Below are positions 11,981 through 23,205 of a DNA stretch of 64,000 nucleotides, one piece after another. The notes under the pieces were generated by a model, which ran no database searches, was not told the origin of the DNA, and saw nothing but the letters and a program-made list of their open reading frames with translations. Both the position numbers and the translations under genes were made by a program. Positions within the stretch are counted from its first letter, which is position 1. Each line of letters begins with the position of its first letter. Source of the stretch: Prorocentrum cordatum (taxonomy: Eukaryota); NCBI GenBank assembly GCA_963575745.1, contig CAUYUJ010000115.1, positions 372,001-436,000 on the forward strand. The letters run 5' to 3'.

Positions 11981-12134
11981 TTAGGTCGGGCCTGTTCCCC
12001 CACAGGCGGATTTTGGGCGGTTTTTTAAGTCAAATAATGCTCCCTGAATGCTCGAAAATACTGAAAAATAGTGCACTGACTATTTTTGGACTCTTTTTGC
12101 ATATCCCTCCTGTAGAGGGACAAGCCCGACTTAA
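11981..12134. mobile_element. MITE (same family as 11089-11248)
   Basis: TIRs ttaggtcgggcctgttccccc / gagggacaagcccgacttaa; possible decayed 8-bp TSD tgctggca / cgctagcc. Confidence 0.8.
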
Positions 12135-12638
12135 CGCTAGCCGCTAGAGCCAGCAAACACTGCACAAGCACAAACTTTCGGAGGCCCGCGCGGATTCCCT
12201 GGACCGGCGCCGCAGCCCCTTGGACCAGCGCCTCGTGGGCGGCCCCGGGCGCGCTCCGCTCGCCAGGGGAGGGGGGTCCAGTGCCGATTCAAGCAACCCT
12301 CGCGGAGTTCCGACCGTGTAGGAGCACAGCTTCTTCTTGGTTCGACTGTGTGGGGCCTGTTTTCCACCACCACCACCACCATAAGTGGGAGGGGGGGGTC
12401 ATCCTCCTCCTCCTCCTCCTCCTCCTCCTCCTCCTCCTCCTTCTCTTCCTCTTCTTCCTCCTCCTCCTCTTCCTCCTCCTCCTCCTCATCCTCTACCTCC
12501 TTACCGCTTCCAACTTATGGTGGCGGTGGTCGAAAACAGGCCCATCAGACTGTGCTCGCACTCGTCGTTGCGCGCGAACAACAGACACGGGGTGACATAA
12601 GCAGGCGCCATGAGTAGTCCGGGGCGGTCTCAGCATCT

Positions 12639-12825
12639 TTCGACTGCACGCAAGAGTGACCCTAGGCAAGAGCGAGCTTTGGTGCGCGGCTTCACGGGGG
12701 ACGCGGGGTGGCCAAACACAAGCGCGCAAGACGCTACTGCCACATCGCGCTCGACGATTGGGGGACCGCAGTGGGCCCTCCCCAAAGGTTACTCCGGCGA
12801 AGGGTCACTCTGACGTGCAGTCGAA
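12639..12825. mobile_element. MITE, family with TIR TTCGACTGCACG..AGAGTGACCCT
   Basis: 25-bp TIR with 2 mismatches; possible decayed 8-bp TSD cagcatct / ccctatct. Confidence 0.75.
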
Positions 12826-13488
12826 CCCTATCTTCTCCTTCACCAGTGCACCCTGGGGCGCTCCGCGCCTTAGGATTGGGATGCGAGACCGCCCTTGCCT
12901 GCTCGGGGTGGCCTGTTGAGGCCAGCTGGGGCTACTTTGGGAGCCTGCCTTCTGTGCGCCACCTGCGGGCGCATCCCTCCCGGGCCTGGATTTGTACAAC
13001 GCGCGGTCACCAGAAATCCCAGGCCTTTCCCTGAGGCTGGCTTCTCGTCGCATCGCATCGCCAGCGGCACGAGAGCTGTCTGCACTGTCATCCCGACGGC
13101 GCTGGCTTCTCATCCCGAGTTGTTTTTTGACGGTCCTGGGACCGGCGAGGGCCCCCACAGGTCGAAAGCCGCGACAAACCTCCGTACTGTGTTGTTCGAT
13201 GCGCTTGAGGTTTGGGTTGCCATTCGGGGGGGGGGGTGCTGTCTGCGCGCGAACCGAAACCTCACCTCCTCAGCTGCCCGATTCGCAACACTCAGCCCGT
13301 AGCGTGCTGACACGGAACTAAAAAAACGTGGATTGCAAACGTAAGGCTGGCGCGATACATGAGCCAAAACGTGGGCCAACACGTGCTGAGCCAGCAGGCA
13401 GCGTGTCCAACCCAGACGCTTTGCACACGGCACGGTTGCGCCCCCGCGCCGTTCCCCCTCCCCTGCGGCCGCCTCCTCTCTTCCCCTC

Positions 13489-14389
13489 TCGACTACGCGT
13501 GGGAGTGACCCTGGGCTGGAGTGACCTTTGTGTAGGGGCCCTAAGACACAAAAATAAATAAGCGCAAATAAAAGGGTTCCCCATATTTTCTCATATTTTG
13601 TGGGTTTTTGTCTTCCCCCCCACTTCCCATATTTTCCAATATTTTCTAGGGAATCGACAATTAATTGTGTCTGTGTTTTTTCCCCTCCTGACTTTGGTGC
13701 GCGGTTTCAGGGGCGCCCGTGGGGGCCCAACGCAATCGCGCAAGCCGGCGCTGCCGCGCCGCATCCACGATCGGCGGGGTGCCACTCGAAAGATTTTTCG
13801 TGCCAGCGAGCAGCCGCGGAATGCCGCCGATTGAATTCGAGCGCCCCGAATGGCCCTTCGAAGGCGCTGCGAAAACAGACGCTGCCGGGGGACGCCGCGA
13901 CGAAGTCTGGCACTGCCGGGTTGCGTCGCGACGACGTCTGGCCAGGCCAGGCGTCATGGCCCAAACCGGCCCCATCCGAGCGCCTGGAGTATGTTTGAAT
14001 ATCTTCGGATGGTTCGAAAAACAGATTCGACGATGTCCAAAGAGATTCCCAGATATTCGAAGATATCCAAAAGATATCCAAAGATATTCAAGCCAGACGT
14101 TTTGGGATTTGGGGTGGGATTCGAGACTGGTCCTGGGCCTGAAAACGCGCCGTCTGGTCGACCAGCCCCCCCTCGGGTAACCAACGCAAGCTGCGGGGTG
14201 CGACGCGTATGCGTTGCTGTCGATTGCAAGGGGTGGGCCCAAACCTGGGGCGCTCAGATGCGAGCGTAATCACGCTATGCGGGTGCCGACGCGAGGTCAA
14301 GATCATTCCACCAAAAAAAATCACCCGATCCCCTTTGGGCCAGCACCGAAGATCACTCAGGCGAAGGGTCACTCTTACGTGTAATCGAC
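13489..14389. mobile_element. Longer copy of the same MITE family with nested insertions
   Basis: Termini tcgactacgcgtgggagtgaccct / agggtcactcttacgtgtaatcga; the family-internal TTTGGTGCGCGGTTTCAGGGG resumes at ~13693 after an AT-rich insert. Confidence 0.6.
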
Positions 14390-14535
14390 CCTCCCCCTCT
14401 GGCATGCGGGCTAGTTCGCGACTCCGTGCCCCGGTTTCGCTCGGGCGCGCGTGCGGATTGCCTCCATGCCGCGCTGCGACGGAAAAGCTGCGCTTCCAAA
14501 CGGGCGCGCCGGGGTAGCTGAGCTCACTGCTTGTC

Positions 14536-14628
14536 CTGCGGTGCCGAGGCGAGGCCGACGCCAGCGCGGTGGGCGGCGCGGTAGAGCTCCAGCGCCTTGC
14601 GGGCCTCGCAGCGGCACAACTGCGTCAC
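14536..14628 (-). CDS. PPR protein, exon 4 (VTQLCRCEARKALELYRAAHRAGVGLASAPQ)
   Basis: 93 nt, phase 0/0; GAG|G acceptor, CAG|GA donor; bridges exons 3 and 5 in frame. Confidence 0.85.
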
Positions 14629-15469
14629 CTCACGGGGCGTGCGGCTTTTCGAATAGAGGGCCAGCCTCGACACACGATGGGAGATATGTTTAAAACGAGG
14701 CAGCCTGGAGCACCAGTTCATTATGACTGAATTTGCACGCCAGTGCAACTACTAAACTTCAGCTCCACACGTTCACGCCTCGCTGCCACGCCCCAGAAGC
14801 GTGGTCCACTTCACGGTAAAACAGCAAATCCACGACGGACTAAGAAGGGGAACTCCCGGGGTCACCCACCGAATCAAATCATACATGCGATCAAGAAACT
14901 TGCTATGCTATATATATATTGGGTCACATTCTGAGCGCCCACGGGGCCACCGTGTGGGGCACCCTCTGGCGGGCTGGCTTCTTATTTGGTGCATCTGCTG
15001 TGGATCGGCTTCGAGGCTTAGATAAGGAGCGCGATGGGCAACACTAGCTCTTTGCCCCCACCAGCAGCACCACGAATGTGCAGCAACAAATGATCCCTCC
15101 AACTCGCCTGGGGGGCCAGACAGCACCCCTGACAAGATGGGCAACACAGACAATCCAAACGATGACCATCTAATGAATTGTACACTGAAGTCAACACCGT
15201 ACGAAGTGGACGTCAAGGTAGAAATCCCACCAGCTCTTCAGGGCGTGAGTGGTTTAGGGAGTTTCCTCTTCCACCTTCCCCCTTTCCCTTCGGGAAGGGG
15301 TTTACCCCTCACTCTCCTCACGGGGCCTTTCGCGAGGGATTGGAGCGTCCAAGATGGCCTCGGCGAGAAACCGAAAATCATGGATTTCACACCGTATTTG
15401 ACCACAAGTTGGAACCTCCCCCTTCTTTGATCGATCACCTCCCAAATGACCATCAGATGGCACTCGAGG

Positions 15470-15935
15470 CTCCCAAGGGTGGCCCAGGACGGCCCCCCGA
15501 GATGCCCCACAGAGGCTCCCAAGAGATCCCTTTGAGGCCCCCAGATGCTCCCCGGAGGCTCCGATGGTCCGAGACGGCCCAAGAGCCCCCAAAGATCGCC
15601 TCAAGATCGCCCAAGAGGCCAAGATGGCCCCAGAACGACCCAAGAGGCCCCAACGACGGCCCCAAGAGCCCAAGAAGCCTCCAAGACGCCCAAGATGGCC
15701 TCCAAGACGGCCCTGGAGCACGCCAAGAGGGCCACAAGTCGGCTCAGATAGGCCCCCAAAGGCGGCTTCCGATGGCGTCAGACGGGCCGGGAATGCCCTA
15801 AGACTGCCAAAGAGGCCTCCGAGAAGCCCCCCCAAGGCCCCCCAGAGGCCCGAGGAGGCCCCCAAGATGCCTGCAAGAGACTCCCAGGACGCTCCCAGGA
15901 GGCTCCAAGAGTGCCCCCAGAGGCTCCCAAGACGC
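15470..15935. repeat. Degenerate CCAAGA/GGCCCCAAGA-type short-period repeat
   Basis: Recurring ggccccaaga-like units; similar tracts at 3370-3800, 47590-48170 and 63850-63960. Confidence 0.75.
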
Positions 15936-16978
15936 CCTCTCCTTTTTCCTCCTCCTCCGCCTCGTCCTCCTGATCTCCCCTGCCATCCTTCCCAACGGGC
16001 GGGGGAACACATGGTCCGATAGCTTGGCAGAGCACTTGCCACAACTCTCGGCCACACGGGCGATTCCTACAGGCAGCGGGCGACGGGGGTTCGCCGTAGG
16101 CGTTTTCGATAATACCAACGAACACACACCCGTACAACTGCCCGATGGTATCTGACGCCGCCCTGGTCTGGCTGGAAGCCGAGGCCATCCTGGGCCCTCG
16201 GACCACTCCTAGGGACATCCCCAGACCTGCCCCGCGTTCCCGCTCAGGAAGCCTCGGCCCGACTGCCCGACCTACCCCCACCAGGTTCGAAAATTAACAG
16301 AACACCCCTTTCATTACAACGTCTCTTTAGTGAAAGCTGCCTAGAGCCCTCCACGTGCGCTCGTCACCGCATTCCGAGTGGACCCCAGCGGGGTAATGTC
16401 CACCACACAACCGACTGTATCTGGCGAAACGCACGTCGATACGCGAAGCTGGCCGTGGTGAGTACACCTGCGCACTCGAATGCCAACGTCAAGTGAAGCA
16501 GCGCAGATCTTCTCTGTCGACTTGTCTGGGTGTGTGTTTTCTCCATCCCCGATCTGGCAGCGCGCGTCGGCGCTCCGTTTTACCCAGCCGCTCGAGCCGC
16601 ATAGGTCTGCGGTCTTGCTCTTCGCAGCAGCCAAACCAACAAGAAGAAAGTAGGGGAGCGGAGAGGCGGGAGGAGTCTCGAAACCCACCCCGCAACCTGG
16701 GACCGCCCACGCGGAGGTGGGGAACGGGTCTACCATACCATAATCGGACGTGTGCCTAAATGACATATGGCTTCTTCGGGGCTCCGGTCAGCGGGGTAAG
16801 GTAACTGGCCGCGGCTCCGGGCTGCTCGTGCTCCCGCTGCTGCCCGTGCTGCGTGCCACCCTTCCCCACCGCCAGCCAAGCCGTTCGCCCCGCCCCCAGG
16901 ACCCCCTGAACAGCCAGATTCGACCAGAGTGCAGGCCCGCTGTCCGGCCTCCCCGCCACTCGTTGGACGCCCGAGTTA

Positions 16979-17063
16979 TCCGGGGTAACTCGGGTCCGGG
17001 GTAACTCGGGTTTGGGTTCCCGAAAAAGGAACCCGAGTTATCCCTGACCCGAGTTACCCCTGA
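16979..17063. repeat. Palindrome built from tandem GGGGTAACTCGGGT units
   Basis: Two 16-bp units on the left mirrored by two on the right around a short spacer. Confidence 0.75.
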
Positions 17064-17982
17064 TGATTCGGGGCTCTGAACTCGCGCACTCGCGCGACAC
17101 GCCGTGCGCGGTGGCCTTGGTGATCTCTACCGCACCTCCTCGGAGGAGGCCGCCTCGGCGGCCCTATAGCCGCCACGCGCGGAGCGTGGGCCTCTCCGCG
17201 CCCCACCGGGGGCACCCGCGGCCCTCTCCGTCGAGCCTCGAGGCGCCTCCCCTCGTCGAGCAGAGGAGCGGAGGAGGAGGAGGAGGGGGAGGAGGAGGAG
17301 GAGGAGGAGGAGGAGCAGGAGGAGGAGGAGGAGGAGGAGGAGGGGGAGGAGGCAGGGGAGCTCTGGGGGAGAGATCTGCATAGGCTACGTATTCGACAGT
17401 GGACCCCCTGCCGCCCGTCTGCCTCGGGCGGCCTTCGGCGGTCGCCCGGCGGTCTTCCGGCGGTCTTCGGCCAGTTCCCGCGGTCCTCGGGGGTGCTCCG
17501 CGGTCTTCGGCGGCTTCCCGAGGTCTTCGGCGTGAAAGCTGGATGCTTACGATCAACAAGGGGCCCATGCCCGAACACCTGACATACACATAAACTATCG
17601 GAGATCCGCGCAGACTTCTTGCATCGGCGTGGTTCTCTCCGCGCCCCTCGGGGTACATCACCCGCTCCGTCCAGCTGTGGGGCATCCTCACGCTCGGGGG
17701 GAGGCCTCCGGCGTCCTGGCTTGTTCACCGCGTGGGCCTCTGGAGATCCCGACCCCTTCCCTGGGGCAAGCTTCTCATCGCAAGTGGTTTGTTTGACTGT
17801 CCCAGAGCCCGACCAGGGCCCCAAGGCCGAAAATAAACCTGCCGTCGCGATTGCTTCAAGACCCGAGCATGTCTGAGCCCACCTCGACGGGGTACGTAGG
17901 CTGGTGGCGCTAGGTGGGATGATCGCTGGGGGTGCTAAGGGGATAGGGGAGTTACCAGAGGATGCTAAGGTTAGTGGCATAT

Positions 17983-18131
17983 GTGGCGTAAACTATGTAA
18001 TCAGTGGGTTGCAGGTGCCCTGAATGGCTTGGGTGGGTTCGATAACTCCGCGAAGTGGGCGCAGCACACTCAGGTCCAAATCTTAGCCACGTAGGGCACG
18101 TCTGACCCACTGATACGCTGGTTTACGCCAC
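17983..18131. mobile_element. MITE-like element
   Basis: GTGGCGTAAAC.....ATCAGTGGGT inverted termini; diverged relatives appear near 44920-45150, 49715-49920 and 63160-63330. Confidence 0.55.
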
Positions 18132-18342
18132 CTATCACTAAGCCACTTCAGCATCCACGAGTCACCTCCCGATGCCATTCGCCCCCCCCCCCCCCCCCGC
18201 GGTCATCCAACATTGCACGGCAGGTTCGCGTCGTGCCGACCACGGCGTTGACCGTTGAACGACAGCGCCGGGGTCGCCGCCGGTCGGCACGACGCCAACC
18301 TACCGTACAGGGCTTCTCGGTGGAGGTTGGCAGGCCCTGCGC

Positions 18343-18442
18343 CTGGGGCACGAGCCATGCGGGGTCCCGCAGCAGCCTCGCGTCGACGGAGGCGACGCCG
18401 CCCGCCAGGGCCGCGCTGGGCGCGTCGGGCCTCGCCCTGGGC
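18343..18442 (-). CDS. PPR protein, exon 3 (PRARPDAPSAALAGGVASVDARLLRDPAWLVPQ)
   Basis: 100 nt; TAG|G acceptor, CAG|GC donor; phases match both neighbours. Confidence 0.82.
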
Positions 18443-18821
18443 CTAGATGTGGCGGGAGCAGTTCGGAGGAGACTGAAGAGACGAGGACGAAACATGGAGG
18501 CGGATGAGGGGAGGACGACGACGACAACGAGGCGGATGAGGGACGACGACGATGAGCGAGGACAACGACGGGGTAGGATGGCGGAGAGGCGGGGGACGAG
18601 GACGAGGAAGAGGCGGCGGGGGGGGGAGGAAAAACAGGAGGAGGAGGAGAAATGGGTGGAACAGGGCAGGGACGAGGCCGACGGGCACCACGAGAAGGCA
18701 GAGGTGGAGGAGGACAACGGCGGTGGCGACGGCGAAGTGGATGGAGGCAGAGGAGGCGGAGGAGCTCGAGGAGGAGGAGGAGGCAGAAGGGGTGGGGGAA
18801 ATGGGGGAGGCCAAGGGAGGC

Positions 18822-18937
18822 CTCGTGGCCCGGCCGGGGGAGCCAGGCGAGAGCAACTTCTTCCTGGCGCCGGGCAGCGAGCCCTTGGCCCCGGTCAGCC
18901 CGGCCCACCGCCCGACGGCCCAGAGCACGCCGAGCAC
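18822..18937 (-). CDS. PPR protein, exon 2 (VLGVLWAVGRWAGLTGAKGSLPGARKKLLSPGSPGRAT)
   Basis: GC3-rich; GAG|GC donor in phase with exon 3; the 5' boundary has no AG (ACG|GTG), so the start is inferred. Confidence 0.7.
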
Positions 18938-19051
18938 CGTGATGAATAAGGGGGAGGGGGGAGGCGCAGTCGGCGGAGGAGAGAAGACAGGGGTGGAGGG
19001 ATAACGAAAAAGAGAGAAGGGAGAAGGAGGGAGAAACAGAGAGAGAGAGAG

Positions 19052-19222
19052 ACACGCACACACAGGCACACGCACACGCACACACAACACACACACACAA
19101 CACACAAAACACACAAAACACACAACACAGAACACACACACACAACACACAACACACAAACAACACGCACAACACACACGTACACACACACGCACGCACG
19201 CATGCACGCACGCACGCACGCA
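19052..19222. repeat. (CA)n-rich microsatellite
   Basis: Direct reading; others at 23057-23178 and 44685-44840. Confidence 0.95.
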
Positions 19223-20574
19223 CGGTCGCTCGCACTGACAGACACACGCACGCACACACTGGTGAGTCGGCCGCGCAGAAGAACCTTGGGCGCGGACGGC
19301 AAGTGGAGGTGCCAAGTGCGAACGAACATAATCGAACGCGCCAGGATGGAACAGCTCAGCCATGGCCATGCAAAGGTGGTTTGGTAAAAAGGGAAGGCGC
19401 TGCAAAGCCAACGTGCAACGGCCAACACCCCCCGCAACATAAACCCGACGTGGGTAATTTGAAACGCAAGCAGCAGTCCGGTGATAATGAAGCCCAAAAG
19501 GCCGAAGACACAACAAGTGTAAGACTGCCAGGCCAGCCAACGAGTGGCGGTGCGTACGCGCAAGAGTCCACGCGTCGAACGCCGCCACCAATCTGAGGAA
19601 CACTGTAGCTCGACTGTCGACTCAAGGCAACCTGGAACATCTGTACAACTTACAAAGCTGCCATACCAGCCGATTGGTGGGGTAACGCAGAATGCTGTGG
19701 CCCGGCGAGATGATGCTTGGGGTGCTATCCTACCAATCGGCGGCGCGAAACCATAGCATGGTTGAAGCGTTCGACCAACAGGCCGCAAGTACCACAACAG
19801 CGGACCCGACGCTCAGACAACGCAGATTGGTGGTGACGGAACGCAGCACACGTAAAAACACGCACAAGCGGAGTCGAAACCAGGCAAATTCGCCATGCCG
19901 TGAAATCCTTGGTGAATAATCAAGCGGCCAACGAGGCTAGCGTCAATGACGCCTCCAGGCTGGCCGAAACCAGGCTGCAATAATGGCGCTGGCCGAAATA
20001 AACTGGTAGGTTGCCGTTCGGACAGCTCGGTGAAGACGCGAGGTGCACTGCACGCGCCAGCGTCAGGGTCGCCACCAACTCCACCAAGGACGTCCCGTAG
20101 AGGAGGTCGGAAAGAGGAGGAGGAGGAACAGGGGCACAACACGGGCGTACCGCGCCAGCAAAGACCGCGAGGCGCGCACGCAGAAGCGGCTCGACCCCCG
20201 CGGCGGGGACGACCCGGAAGGGAGAACAAAGGGGGACACCGAGCAGGCAGGGGCAGAGATGCAGGAGGGGGGCCCGGAGGCGCGACGGCGGGAGACCCCA
20301 CGGCGTGGCCTTAGCCCACGACCGACCGACCGACGGCGACGGCCCAGGCGAGCCCCGCGACCCACGAGGTGGAGGAGGAGAAGGGGACCGACGAACCACG
20401 GTGTAGCATCGGCAGGATTGGCGCGCGCAGGAGGTGTCCTGCGCCACGATCGGCGCCGTCCCCGTGGAGTTCGGGCCCCGTGGAGTTCGTGCGGCGCCAA
20501 CATCCAGACCGCCCCGTCGACGCCCGCCCCCGCGACCTCCTCGACACCTCGTCGTCGCCGTCGTCGGCCGCCAC

Positions 20575-21400
20575 TGCCCCTTCTCGCACGCGCTGGTCGG
20601 GGTGCTGTAGCAGATGATGGCGGGCTCCAGCTTGGCACCCAGCATCCCGCTGAACAGCGCCAGGCCCGGCTGCCACTGCCGCTGCCTGTCCTTCTCGCGC
20701 GCGCTGGTCGGGGTGCTGGTTCAGGCAACGTCGCGTTCCAGCTTCGCCCCCACCATCTCCCGGAGCGGCGCCAGGGCCAGCTGCCGCTGCCCCTGCAAGT
20801 CCCTCTTGCGCGCACTGATCGGGGCGCTGTAGTAGAAGATGGTGGGCTTCGTTCCCAGCATCTGGCTGAGAAGGGCCGGGACCGACTGCCCTTGCCCCTG
20901 CCTGTCCTGCCCCAAATCCATTCGAAAAAAAGAAATTGACGCTCTGTCTTTGGCCTGGAGGATGGCGGGCTCCAACTTCGCCCCCCGCCCCCCAAATCGC
21001 CCGGAGCGGCTCCAGGGCCTGCTGCCGCAGCCTTTGCTGGAGTCCTTCTCGCACGTGCTGATCGGGGCGCTGTAATAGACGATGGCGGGATCCAGTTTCA
21101 CTCCCAGCATCTCGTTGAGCAGCGCCAGGACCAACTGCCACTGCCCCTGCCAGTCATTCTCGCCCGCGCTGCATGATCGGGGAGCAGATAATGGTGGGCT
21201 TCGGCTTCACTCCGAACATCTCTCGGAACAGCGCCAGGGCCCTCTGCCACTGCCCCTGCCTGTCCTGCTCGCGCGCGCTGATCGGAACGCTGTAGCAGAT
21301 GATGATGGGCTGCAGCTTCACGCCTAGCATCTCGAGGCGCGCGTTCGTCCCGCACATGCTGATCGAGATGATGTAGCAGATGATGGCGGACTCTACCCTC
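20575..21400 (-). pseudogene. Decayed tandem PPR array (~8 units, ~111-bp period) nested in PPR intron 1
   Basis: Repeats of ISACEKDRQGQWQRALALLREMLGAKLEPAIICYSAP spread over several frames, with stops and frameshifts. Confidence 0.85.
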
Positions 21401-22084
21401 CGCAGTGAGTCCAGCAGGGTCCCAGAGGTCGAGGCTTGTAGATGCAATTTGACCTTCAGTCAGAAGGCAAACTCCCGCGAGCAACCACCGAGGTGACGAC
21501 AAGCGGGGGGGTCCTGCGCCGCGCGATTCCCGGGCGGGCAGTGCTAACATGCACTCGCACAACAACTCCTCCTGCATAGGCCCTCCGCGCAAATCAGGCC
21601 AACGTCCATGCCGAAAACAAGAGGCTCCCGGAACCCTCAGAGCCGTAAATAGGGGGCCACTTTGCCCACGCAACAAAAGCCACTGTGCCCGCCCCGTCCG
21701 AAGAATAAGATCAGCACGACGGCAGAAAACTGTCCCAGTATAGGCTCACACAACGGGACAGCGGACACATCTGAGAGTACTCCAGCTCCAACAAAGAGTC
21801 GAACAAACTGGCGTGGAACTCCCGCTACAAAAGCCAACCAGAAGCATGTGCTTGTAATTTGAGGGAACCAGGATCACATAAGAGAGCAACTAGCAACGCA
21901 GATAATCTCGCTCAGCACGTCAACAGAAGAGCACCGCGCGGCGACGATCACTAAGCCAGCAAGCTGGGCATACTGTACTCATCACTGCCAATGAACCATG
22001 ACTTGAAAAGGATGGCGCAAGTAGCATCTTCTGCGCTACCGTCTGAAAATCCATACCATATGCACCGTGAGGACTATGTCGAAC

Positions 22085-23050
22085 ACTAGGTGCTGGCGTC
22101 AGTGCTGGTGTAGGCGCTGGTGTTAGTGCCGGGGTAGGCGCAGACGTTGGGCTGGCGTCGGTGCTGGTGTAGGCGCTGGCGTCGGCGCCGTCGCAGGCGC
22201 TGGCGTTGGGGCTGGCGCCGGTGCTGGCGTCGGTGCTGGTGTAGACGCTGGCGCTAGTGCCGGCGTAGTCGCATGTATTATTGCTGGCGTCTGTGCTGGT
22301 GTAGGCGTTGGCGTCGGCGCTGGCAAAGGCGCCGGCGTTGATGCTCGCGTCGGTGCTGGCGTCGGTGCCGGTGTAGACGGTCCAGCAGGGTCCCAGAAGA
22401 TCCTGCACGCCCTGCTCGTCGTCGAGCGCGCGCGGAAAGCAGCCGGCGGACGCTGCGGCGGCGGCGGCCCCCGTCTGGCGCTCCGCAATCGCCAAGCGCT
22501 CGGCCGCCCGCAGGGCCACATCCAGGTGCGCAGCGACGGGCTCCGCCCGCGCCGCCGCCGCGGCCAGGCCGCAACGGCAGTGGCACCGGCCGCCAGGGCT
22601 GCAAGCCTGGCAGAGCGCACCAGAGCCGCGGCGGCAGGACGACGGCCGACGGCAGTCGCCGCCTTGCAGGCGGCCGTGGCATCGGCGCAGGCGGCAGCCG
22701 CGCCGGAGCACAACGGCACGGCGGCCGCACACATGGCCGCCGCGCTGGCGCCGCTGGAGGGCGCCAGCAGCCTCGGCAGCGCCAGCGGCGGCCAGCGGAG
22801 CCGGCCCTGTCGGCGGCGCCATCCCCGGGAGCGGCGCGCCGCGCGCGGCGGCCGCGCGCCGCTGGCGGCGACGGACCGCAGACCGCGACGCCGCGGGGCC
22901 GGCGGCCGCGGCAGCCGCGGACGCGGTCGCCGCCCGCGCTATGGCCCACCGGGGCGGGGGCGGGAAGGGCGGAAGAAGGAGACCGAGGGCAAGCCCCCGG
23001 CCGCAGTCGCGCAAGCCAGCTCGAGCCAGAGCGGCTTGAGCCAGAGGGGC
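22085..23050 (-). pseudogene. Probable processed pseudogene of an Ala-rich / PTPA-repeat protein
   Basis: Starts with tandem dinoSL relics, has a decayed start context GCC ATA GCG at 22942, is apparently intronless and frameshifted, and carries TPAP repeats at 22085-22375. 3' end not defined. Confidence 0.6.
23020..23050 (-). other. Tandem dinoflagellate spliced-leader relics
   Basis: GCCCCTCTGGCTCAAG (13/16 to GCCATTTTGGCTCAAG) followed directly by CCGCTCTGGCTCGAG (11/15 to CCATTTTGGCTCAAG). Confidence 0.75.
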
Positions 23051-23182
23051 GTCTGACGCATGCGCACACACACACGCGCACACATACGTACACGCACACG
23101 CACACGCATACGCACACACATATATACACACACACTCGCATACACACGCACATTCGCACACACGCACACGCACACGTACCCA

Positions 23183-23205
23183 TCCGTTAGCGATTTTGGC
23201 TCTGG
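23183..23205 (+). other. Near full-length spliced-leader relic
   Basis: TCCGTTAGCGATTTTGGCTCTGG versus TCCGT-AGCCATTTTGGCTCAAG: 19 of 22 positions match, with one inserted T. Confidence 0.75.
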
